From an uncultured delta proteobacterium (GTDB lineage: Bacteria > Myxococcota_A > Polyangia > Polyangiales > Polyangiaceae), in the NCBI GenBank assembly GCA_963841435.1, contig CAWJCS010000005.1:1088001-1152000 (forward strand): a stretch of DNA of 64,000 bases. The letters are read 5' to 3'. A program made the translations under genes and the position numbers. Below the pieces are notes generated by a model. That model saw only the letters and a program-made list of their open reading frames with translations, was not told where the DNA came from and searched no databases. Below are positions 1 to 7,416 of the stretch, piece by piece. How positions within the stretch are numbered: the first letter of the stretch is position 1; the number at the start of each line of letters is the position of its first letter.

Positions 1-1274
1 GCCCCCATCACGGCAATCGAGGCCGTGGGCAGCGCCAGACACGCGTCCGGCTCGAAGGCTGGGCCACACATCGCGTAAAGGCCGGCGCCGTAGGCCTTTC
101 GCACGATCACGCTCAGCTTCGGCACCGTCGCTTCACTGACGGCCGCCACCATCTTCGCGCCCGCACGGATGATGCCCTGGCGCTCCACCTTCGTGCCGAT
201 CATGAAGCCTGGCACGTCGGCGAGGAAGAGCAGCGGCACGTTGAACGCATCACAGAGCCAGACGAAGCGCGCCGCTTTGTCCGCGCTGTTGACGAACAGC
301 ACGCCGCCGAGGTGCTTCGGCTGATTGGCCACGATGCCGACGACACGCCCCTCGATGCGGCAAAAACCCGTGATGAGCTCCTTGGCGAAGCGCGCCTTGA
401 GCTCGAGAAAGCTATCCTCGTCGACGAGCGCGTCGATCACCTGGCGCATGTCGAACGCCTTGTTTTCGTCGACGATGACGACGTCCTCGATACGCCGTGC
501 GTCGGGCTTCGGGGCCCGCGCCGGGGCCACGGGCGGGTCCGCGTCGCAGGTCTGCGGCAGGTAGCCGAGGTAGGCGCGACCGAACGCGATCGCCGCGTCT
601 TCGTCGGGCGAAAGCACGTCGCCACAGCCCGAAACGGCCGTGTGCATCTTCGCTCCCCCCATCTCCTCGAGCGTCACTTTTTCGCCGATCACCATCTCCG
701 CCATGCGCGGCGACCCGAGGTACATGCTCGCATTGCCGTCAACCATCGCGACAACGTCGCAGAAAGCCGGAATGTAGGCGCCGCCCGCCGCCGATGGTCC
801 GAACAGCAGGCACACCTGCGGGACGCGCCCGCTCAGCGCGACCTGATTGAAGAAGATGCGCCCCGCGCCGCGCCGGCCGGGAAACATCTCCGCCTGGTCG
901 GTGATGCGTGCGCCCGCCGAGTCGACCAGATAAAAGAGCGGGCAGGCGAGCCGCGACGCGGTCTCCTGGATCCTCAAGATCTTTTCGACGGTGAGCTTGC
1001 CCCAGGAGCCGGCCTTCACGGTCGAATCGTTCGCCATGACGGCCACGGTGCGCCCCTCGAGCGTGCCGGTGCCGGTGATCACGCCGTCGGCGGGCAGCTC
1101 GCCGTCCATCGTGCGCGCGAGCAGCCCGTCCTCGACGAACGAGCCGGGGTCGAACAGACGGGCGATACGCTCGCGCGCGAAGAGCTTGTTCTGTGCGCGG
1201 TTCTTGTCATGGTACTTCGCCGCACCGCCGGCGCGGGCCAGAGCAGAGCGCTCGCGAAGCTTGGCGTCATCCAT
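1..1274 (-). CDS. acyl-CoA carboxylase carboxyltransferase (beta) subunit, 3' end runs off the window
   Basis: Manual translation from ATG 1274 (MDDAKLRERSALARAGGAAKYHDKN...) gives carboxyltransferase motifs: ANDSTVKAGSW, DSAGARI, GPSAAGGAY, EGRVVGIVANQP, LADVPGFMIG, RKAYGAG. The frame stays open to position 1. Confidence 0.92.
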   Translation of the reverse strand, partial: MDDAKLRERSALARAGGAAKYHDKNRAQNKLFARERIARLFDPGSFVEDGLLARTMDGELPADGVITGTGTLEGRTVAVMANDSTVKAGSWGKLTVEKILRIQETASRLACPLFYLVDSAGARITDQAEMFPGRRGAGRIFFNQVALSGRVPQVCLLFGPSAAGGAYIPAFCDVVAMVDGNASMYLGSPRMAEMVIGEKVTLEEMGGAKMHTAVSGCGDVLSPDEDAAIAFGRAYLGYLPQTCDADPPVAPARAPKPDARRIEDVVIVDENKAFDMRQVIDALVDEDSFLELKARFAKELITGFCRIEGRVVGIVANQPKHLGGVLFVNSADKAARFVWLCDAFNVPLLFLADVPGFMIGTKVERQGIIRAGAKMVAAVSEATVPKLSVIVRKAYGAGLYAMCGPAFEPDACLALPTASIAVMG

Positions 1275-1353
1275 CGGAGCGACGAGGGTAGCGAAGGTCC
1301 ATCGCGAAGGACAGGGCGCGGGGCGATCGGCCCGGAACGCTCCTACCGCGCTC

Positions 1354-2238
1354 TCAGGACCCCGCCGCCATCAGCTCACGGAGCTTGGCCTCCACCTCGG
1401 CGAGGTGATCCGAGGAGTAACCCACGCTGACGTCGCGCACCGTCCCCTGCCGATCGAGCACGAAGAGCGTGGGCAAGGCCATGGCGCGGTAGGCGCGGCT
1501 CGTCCCTCCGTCCGGATCGGAGGCCACGGCGTAGTCGATGCCGAGCTCGACGCTCGCCTGAAGCGCGGACTCGGCCGGGTCGGTCGTGATGCCGATGACC
1601 GTGAGCCCACGCGCGCCGTAGCGATCGTGCCACGCGTTCAAGGTCGGAATCGCGAGGCGACAGGCGACGCACCACGACGCCCAGAAGTCGATGACCACGA
1701 CGCGCCCGCGCAGCTCGGTGAGATCGCTCGGCAAGCTGCCCTTGACGGTAGCGAGCGTTTGCCAGCGCGGCGCCGGTGCTCCGAGAAACTCCGAGCGCAT
1801 GAGCGCGTTCTGGTCGGGCCGTGCGTCGAGCGGCACGGCGAACAACCGCTCCGTCCCCGCGCGCAAAAGGCCGACGGGAAGACGCTCGCCGGGGTGGTGG
1901 AGCGACACGATGCGCACGACGTCCGCCGGGCCGAGCACGTTCTCGGCGGCCACGCTGACGATGACATCACCCGCCTGCAGACCGGCGCGTTCGGCGGGCG
2001 AGCCGCGAAGCACATCGCGAACGAGGACGCCCGGCTCACCGGGCGGGACGGCCGCGAGCTCGACGCCGAGCCATCCCGGCGCATCGGGATCGACCGCAGC
2101 GGCACCGGGCGCCGACTCGGGCGCCCTCCCGGCAGACATCGACGCCATCGGCATCGGCGACGCCGCGGCCACGGGTGGCGTCGCCCGACCGGCGCTGCAG
2201 CCGAGCGTGGCACCGAAGAGCGCGAAGAGCGCCGGCAT
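1354..2238 (-). CDS. PDZ domain + TlpA/redoxin family thiol-disulfide oxidoreductase, probable lipoprotein
   Basis: PDZ-like WLGV...VRDVLRGSPAERAGLQAGDVI, then DFWASWCVAC (CxxC) and ALPTLFVLDRQG. Lipobox-like TLGC follows the ATG at 2238. The start codon is uncertain. Confidence 0.85.
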   Translation of the reverse strand: MPALFALFGATLGCSAGRATPPVAAASPMPMASMSAGRAPESAPGAAAVDPDAPGWLGVELAAVPPGEPGVLVRDVLRGSPAERAGLQAGDVIVSVAAENVLGPADVVRIVSLHHPGERLPVGLLRAGTERLFAVPLDARPDQNALMRSEFLGAPAPRWQTLATVKGSLPSDLTELRGRVVVIDFWASWCVACRLAIPTLNAWHDRYGARGLTVIGITTDPAESALQASVELGIDYAVASDPDGGTSRAYRAMALPTLFVLDRQGTVRDVSVGYSSDHLAEVEAKLRELMAAGS

Positions 2239-2344
2239 GCGTTCGAGCCCGGCGACGACGCGATGAGCCACGCCTTCGTGGTACCATGTTGGCCTGATCC
2301 GCGCAGCCCGACACCACGTTCTGCGCGGCGTCGCCACCGCCACC

Positions 2345-2800
2345 GTGCTCGCCGCGTGCAGCCCAGCCCCGGCGCCGCCACCACCGGTGCGAGCCCCGGT
2401 GGCGCACCCCGCGCCGCGCCCGACGTACGCTCGATTCGAAGAAGCGCTCGCGTGGCCGCCGATCGACAGCGCTCCGTTCGAGGTTCAAGGTCACCCGCGC
2501 GCGCAGCCGCTCGCCCTCACGCACGTGAGCCCCGACGCTCGCGAAGCGTACGGAGCGCTCGTCACCGACGGCGCCCTGCCCGACGGTTCCGTCGTGGCGA
2601 TGGAGCACCGCGGCGCCGACGGAGTCACTCGCGGCACCGTCTACGTCATGGAGAAGCGCGACGGCGCGTGGAGCTACCTCGAGGTCGATGCGCGGGGCGG
2701 GGTGCTGGATCCGGCCCCCACGCGGTGCCCGATCTGCCACGCCGGCGCCGTCGCCGATCACCTCTTCGGACCGCCGCGTCGGAAACCGCCGCGGGAATGA
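2345..2800 (+). CDS. cytochrome P460 / cytochrome c'-beta family heme lipoprotein
   Basis: LAAC lipobox, LPDGSVVAME, VYVMEKR..WSY, and a C-terminal CPICH heme motif followed by DHLF. Confidence 0.65.
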   Translation: MLAACSPAPAPPPPVRAPVAHPAPRPTYARFEEALAWPPIDSAPFEVQGHPRAQPLALTHVSPDAREAYGALVTDGALPDGSVVAMEHRGADGVTRGTVYVMEKRDGAWSYLEVDARGGVLDPAPTRCPICHAGAVADHLFGPPRRKPPRE

Positions 2801-2871
2801 CTCTCGGCCTGAGGGCGTTTTCCCGAAGAGACCGGCTGGCGCCCATGGCGACCCCGGGCGGGCGGTCTTAC

Positions 2872-2911
2872 GTACAAAAAGAGAAGGCCTGATGGCTGTA
2901 CCCATCAGGCC
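2872..2911 (-). terminator. intrinsic terminator (minus strand)
   Basis: Perfect 10-bp stem GGCCTGATGG/CCATCAGGCC (2886-2895 and 2902-2911), followed on the minus strand by TTCTCTTTTT. Confidence 0.8.
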
Positions 2912-3055
2912 CCAAGGACCGATCCAGCGGAAAAGAAGCGGAAGGAAGACGAAGCAGTAAGGAAGCGAAAGGGAGGCGTCTTTGTGGGGCGCCTCATACG
3001 GGATCTCGCAGCGCACGGCGAGAAAAGAAGCGAGGCTTGCACGCCTCGATAAGTG
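2876..3055 (-). ncRNA. candidate small regulatory RNA (~180 nt)
   Basis: Lies between a sigma54 promoter and an intrinsic terminator. Contains three hairpins and a pyrimidine-rich tract, with no convincing ORF on this strand. Confidence 0.6.
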
Positions 3056-3065
3056 CCCCACTAAC

Positions 3066-3081
3066 TGCAGGGTCCGTGCCA
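3066..3081 (-). promoter_or_regulatory. sigma54 (-24/-12) promoter
   Basis: Minus strand reads TGGCACG-GACC-CTGCA against consensus TGGCACG-N4-TTGCW, with exact GG-N10-GC spacing. Confidence 0.7.
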
Positions 3082-3336
3082 CCCTGGAAGGGTTTCGCAT
3101 TTCCCTAGTATTTTCAGCGAGATGTACCTGGAACCGGTGCCGGATGGGCACTCTTCGATCGCTCGGCCCCTGGTTCTCGTGTCAGGGGGGTCCAGGGGGG
3201 CATGAAATCTTTTCCGAGCCCGCTTGCAGTGACGCTGGCGCGCGCCCCCTGCGCGCCACCTGGGGATAACCACCGGCCCCCCCGCGGAGGTGAGCCCCCA
3301 GCCGAGCGCACCGTGCTATGAGTCGCCCCCTTCCGA

Positions 3337-3410
3337 GCGCCCGTAGCTCAGCTGGATAGAGCACCGGTCTACGGAACCGGTTGTCGAAAGTTCGAATCTT
3401 TCCGGGCGCG
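3337..3410 (+). tRNA. tRNA-Arg(ACG), CCA not encoded
   Basis: GCGCCCG/CGGGCGC acceptor stem, D arm, anticodon arm CCGGT-CTACGGA-ACCGG, T arm GAAAG-TTCGAAT-CTTTC. Confidence 0.97.
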
Positions 3411-3830
3411 CCCGTAGCCACCAGGTGCGGCAGAGTCGACCCCCGTTGGCTCGACTCCTCGCCGATTCGACCTCCGTTCCGATCCGTGCGGCTCCGCAGC
3501 TCGACATGCGGTGACCACCGTCAGCGGGCCGACGGTTTCGAATCTTTCCGGGCGCGCCAGGCCACAGGGTCCGGCAGGGGCGGCCTCTGCAGCTCGACTC
3601 CTCGCCGATTCGACCTCCGTTCCGATCCGTGCGGCTCCGCAGCTCGACATGCGGTGACCAGCGTCAGCGAGCCGACGGTTTCGAATCTTTCCGGGCGCGC
3701 CAGGCCACAGGGTCCGGCAGGGGCGACCTCTGCAGCTCGACTCCTCGCCGATTCGACCTCCGTTCCGATCCGTGCGGCTCCGCAGCTCGACATGCGGTGA
3801 CCAGCGTCAGCGGGCCGACGGTTTCGAATC
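3391..3830 (+). repeat. tRNA-linked tandem repeat: 3 units (146/143/143 bp) plus an 8-bp partial fourth, each starting with the tRNA-Arg 3' end
   Basis: TTCGAATCTTTCCGGGCGCGCC occurs at 3391, 3537 and 3680, and TTCGAATC at 3823. Units 2 and 3 differ by about 2 nt. Confidence 0.95.
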
Positions 3831-3901
3831 GCGGGCATCGGCGTCGCGGCGTGTGGCCTCGCCGTCGAGCAATGCGGCTTCCCCCGCGTACCGCGACTTC
3901 G

Positions 3902-4927
3902 CTAGTTTTTCGGCAGCCAGGCCTCGATGAGACCGACCTCCGCGTCGGTGAGAACGCTGGCGGGAATTGCGGGCATCCACTCGGTTCGCTCCGACACGGG
4001 GATGGTGCCGTTGTTCGTGTGCCCGTCGCGAATGACGGCGAGAAACGCAGCGCCCTGCACATCGAAGGGCACCGAGTGGGCTACCATCACATAAGCATTC
4101 GTCGTTCCGCCGCGGCCTTCGGGACCGTGACAGTACCCGCAGTAGTCGGCGTACAGGTCCGCCCCCGTGGTCGGCTGGGGGAAGCCGCCGAGCCAAGTAT
4201 AGATGTCGTCGAGGATCGCGCTGGAGATGAGCTTCGGATCGACGGCCGGCATCGGATCTTTGTAGGGCACGATGGGCGTGTCGTCGCCGTTCTTCACCAT
4301 GAAGTCGAAGAGCTCTCGATTGGGGTGCCGGATTTCCGGCCCTCGGTCCTCGATGCCCTCGCCGTTGTCGCCGTGGCAGTTGCCGCAGCCGTAGTCGGGA
4401 TCGTTCCAAGCGCTCGTGCGATCCGTCGCGGGTTGCGCGCCGGCGGCACCCGCCGCGGCGGTGCCGGCGGCACCCGCCGCGCCTCCCGCCGCCAGGCCGC
4501 CCGAAGCGCCAGCGCCCGCCCCGCCGCTGGTCGCTCCGCCGCTGTTGGCTCCGCCGCTGCCGGCCCCGCCGCCGCTGGCCCCGCCGGTGCTGGCTCCGCC
4601 GGTGCTGGCTCCGCCCGCGGCCGCCCCAGTGCCCGCCGAGCCGCCGAGCCCACCGCTGTCACCACCGTTCGAGCCGCCAACGCCTGCCGCGGCGCCGGTC
4701 GCTCCCGTGAAGTCGCCAGCGGTGCCCGCCGTCGCGCCGGTGCTCGACCCCGCCGCCGCTCCGCCCGCGCCGCCGATCGCCGCCGCTCCCGCGCTCGCGC
4801 CCGGGGGCTCGGTCACTGCGTCGTCGCCCGAGCACGCGGGCAAAGCGCCGACGGCGAGTGGCCCGAGCGCGAGCAAGGCGGCGCGCAGCGAACGACGGGA
4901 GATCGGTCTCGGGGCGGTATCCTTCAC
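3902..4927 (-). CDS. diheme c-type cytochrome lipoprotein with Gly-rich linker
   Basis: GTG start after an AGGAG RBS, LPAC lipobox, Gly/Ala linker, and two CxxCH motifs (CGNCH, CGYCH), each followed by a distal MP. Confidence 0.85.
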   Translation of the reverse strand: MKDTAPRPISRRSLRAALLALGPLAVGALPACSGDDAVTEPPGASAGAAAIGGAGGAAAGSSTGATAGTAGDFTGATGAAAGVGGSNGGDSGGLGGSAGTGAAAGGASTGGASTGGASGGGAGSGGANSGGATSGGAGAGASGGLAAGGAAGAAGTAAAGAAGAQPATDRTSAWNDPDYGCGNCHGDNGEGIEDRGPEIRHPNRELFDFMVKNGDDTPIVPYKDPMPAVDPKLISSAILDDIYTWLGGFPQPTTGADLYADYCGYCHGPEGRGGTTNAYVMVAHSVPFDVQGAAFLAVIRDGHTNNGTIPVSERTEWMPAIPASVLTDAEVGLIEAWLPKN

Positions 4928-5472
4928 GGTGGCTCCTGGCCTCGCTCGCGAGCGGGAGCGGTCGCTGCGACGGAAGCTAGCACGCCGATCCGTCACGGCC
5001 CGGCTTCATCGCGATCGATGGAGTGTCACGACGGGGCAGGGATCAGGCTGCGCGTGATGCACCCGGCCGCTCGTTGCCGCTCGTTGGAAAAGTGAGAACG
5101 GCAACGGAAGGTCAGCGCGCGCCGTTCGGTGGTGGAGGCGCTTTCCGCCAACGCTGTCCTCCCTTGTATTCCGTGAGGCAAATCGGCAAGCTCCCGCCGC
5201 CGTCCCGACTCTCGCGGGGGGCGCGCGTCGAGCCGCGCGAGCTCCCCTCGCGGCGCGACGAGAATGCTCACGCGCCCGACGAGGATGTCGGGGAACAGCC
5301 CGCCCGGTCCGTCCCCGAAATCGTCCACGACCTCGCGCGGGGACGCCCTGTCGGCCGGCGACTTACGACGGCGTGTTGCAGATGGGCGTGCCGCCGCTAC
5401 GCATCGACAAGCCGAACGCGGAGAGCGCGCGATAAACGAGTTTCGCCTTCGCGTTTGCGGTACGGTCGCCCC

Positions 5473-5812
5473 ATGGCAACCAAGGCACAGGCCTTCCGCA
5501 GCAAGCAGCAGAGGAACGCGAAACCACCTCGGGCAAAGCGCCCGAAGCCGCCGAGGCGCGACTTGGTCGTCAACACCTCGAAGCCGGGGGTGAGCGCGAC
5601 CGACCGCAAAGCGCGCGGCACTGCCACGGGGCAAAGCAACGTGTCTGCGCGCGCGGAGCGCAAGGGCGGAGCGAAGCTCGAGCCGTTGAACGGGCGGCAA
5701 GCCCTCGCGAAAGTCGACGCGCAAGAGCGCGGGACGCTCCAAGCCTGTCGCAAGCCTCGAGCGGCGCGCCATTCGCCGCGCCCACGCCCCATCCAAGCGG
5801 GCAAAGCGCTAG
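5473..5812 (+). CDS. small, highly basic hypothetical protein (1-nt frameshift near 5692)
   Basis: MATKAQAFRSKQQR... Removing one G near 5692 continues the frame as GKPSRKSTRKSAGRSKP...KRAKR*, ending at TAG 5810-5812. Confidence 0.65.
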
Positions 5813-5896
5813 CCGCCACTCGGCGTTTTTCGAAAGAGCACGACGCGCCCTCGCCGGGTGCGAATCACGCGAAAGCCGTGTGCGCTCGCGAGCCGC
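5812..5896. repeat. 85-bp direct repeat, copy 1 (duplicate of the glycosyltransferase 3' end)
   Basis: Identical to 7423-7507 on base-by-base comparison. Confidence 0.95.
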
Positions 5897-6117
5897 CATC
5901 GCCTTGGCTCCTCCGTTGGACCCCCGTTTTTTCGAGGAGAAGCTCCGCGGTGAGGCGATTCGGGTTTCGGGGACTGTCGGGCTGGCTCCGGGCGCGCTCC
6001 TTACCTCGTGAGCTCCACCAGCGCTCAGACCAGCAGCCACGCCTGCAGCCCGTGAGGCAACCAGGCGGGCGCGTCCGCGAAAGCGCAACGTGCTTCGCGA
6101 CCTTGGCAGAACCGAGA

Positions 6118-7104
6118 TCAGGGCACGTCGTAGACGCAAAAGTAGTAGTCCGCGTGGCAGGCGTCTTCGATGCACACGCCGCAGTCGCAGTCGGCGTCCG
6201 ATGCGCACGCGCGCGCGGTGCAGCCGCGGTCGTGGTCGCACACGCGATCGACACCGCATGCCGCGTCGGACGCGCAGTGGCAGCCGTGAAGGTCGGCCCA
6301 TTCGGTGTCGGTCGCGCAGCGCAAGCCCTGGGGACAAGTGAAGGCGCCGTCGTCGCAGCGCTTGTAAACGCAGCCGTTCGGGTCCTTGTTGGGACCGGAA
6401 CCGCCGCAGACACGATCGTCCGGACAGCTGAAGCGGTCGATCGCGCAATCGGCGAGGGCGCAGCCGTGCGGGTCAACCGGCGGCCGGTCCGGCGCGCAGA
6501 CCCGGCCTCCGGGGCACGCGTAGCCGTCCGTGCAGGGCCGTGGTGAGCAATGACCGTCCTCTCCACAGACCTCGTCCGGCCCACAGGTCTCGTCGGCGCA
6601 ACGCGGCTCGCACATGGCTCCCGGACAGGGCCCCGGAAAGACGCAGAAGCCCTCGCCGCAGTCGGTGTCGGCGTGGCAGAGGTAGGTGCCGGTGCCACAG
6701 TTCCCGAGCATCGGCGGGGGCTCGGTCTGCGCGCAGCCGCGGACGTAGGAAGTGCCGCAATCTTCGGTCGTGCGACAGCGTTGCGCGGGCAGAGCGCTGC
6801 CCTTCTTGCAATCTCCGGTGCCCCCCTGCCCGCCTCGCGGCGCGACCGCCCCGGAGCCAGCCGTGCTCGAAGCGCCGGACCCGCCCACAGAGGCGGAGCC
6901 CGCGACCTCTCCCGAGCCCCCAGCGCCCGAGCCGCCGACTCCGGCCAACGCTCCCGCACCCGTGCCCGCCTGAACGACCGAGCCTCCTTGTCCGCCGTCG
7001 CCTCCGACATCACCGGTGGAGCCCTCGTGCGAGGAGGCCCCGCACGCCGCGACGAGCAGCAGGGCGACCGGGACGGCCCAGCGACGGGATGCTCGGGCGG
7101 TCAA
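6118..7104 (-). CDS. Cys-rich lipoprotein with Gly-rich linker
   Basis: Probable TTG start at 7104 (the ORF is open to 7197), LVAAC lipobox, Gly/Ser linker, and repeated C-x2-D-x-DC Cys-rich modules. Confidence 0.8.
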   Translation of the reverse strand: MTARASRRWAVPVALLLVAACGASSHEGSTGDVGGDGGQGGSVVQAGTGAGALAGVGGSGAGGSGEVAGSASVGGSGASSTAGSGAVAPRGGQGGTGDCKKGSALPAQRCRTTEDCGTSYVRGCAQTEPPPMLGNCGTGTYLCHADTDCGEGFCVFPGPCPGAMCEPRCADETCGPDEVCGEDGHCSPRPCTDGYACPGGRVCAPDRPPVDPHGCALADCAIDRFSCPDDRVCGGSGPNKDPNGCVYKRCDDGAFTCPQGLRCATDTEWADLHGCHCASDAACGVDRVCDHDRGCTARACASDADCDCGVCIEDACHADYYFCVYDVP

Positions 7105-7180
7105 CGGACCCCCCGACCGACGCGGCCACGCAGGACGACCCTGGCCCAAGTTGGCACACGCAACAGCATCCCTTGGGCCA

Positions 7181-7196
7181 AGCAAGAGTCCTGCCA
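7181..7196 (-). promoter_or_regulatory. sigma54 (-24/-12) promoter of the Cys-rich lipoprotein gene
   Basis: Minus strand reads TGGCAGG-ACTC-TTGCT, one mismatch to consensus, with correct spacing. Confidence 0.7.
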
Positions 7197-7416
7197 TTCT
7201 CTCGAGCGTGAACCCGCGCTCAACTCTCGCTCTCGGTTCGGCGGCGGGAGGACGACGGCGCGACAGAAGGCTCTCAAAACTCCCGGTGCCCGCTCGGTCG
7301 CTGGACCCGAGAGGCGAAGGACTCAGGGCAAATAGCGCTGAACGACCAACGCGCCTCGCCCGCGCGGACCGGTGTGAACCCTTGGCATCGGGCCGTCCGC
7401 GACCCGATGAGCCGAG

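Noticed and set aside
2892-2960. 22-aa plus-strand ORF MAVPIRPQGPIQRKRSGRKTKQ
   Set aside because: It is the antisense of the terminator hairpin and pyrimidine tract. The minus-strand RNA explains the sequence better.
3391-3830. CRISPR array
   Set aside because: The units are 143 bp and nearly identical throughout, with no unique spacers. The constant part includes a tRNA 3' end, and no cas genes are present.
5570-5899. Minus-strand ORF from the GGAGGAG-ATG at 5899
   Set aside because: It reads the duplicated segment out of frame and runs antisense to the basic-protein gene. It is treated as a junction remnant.
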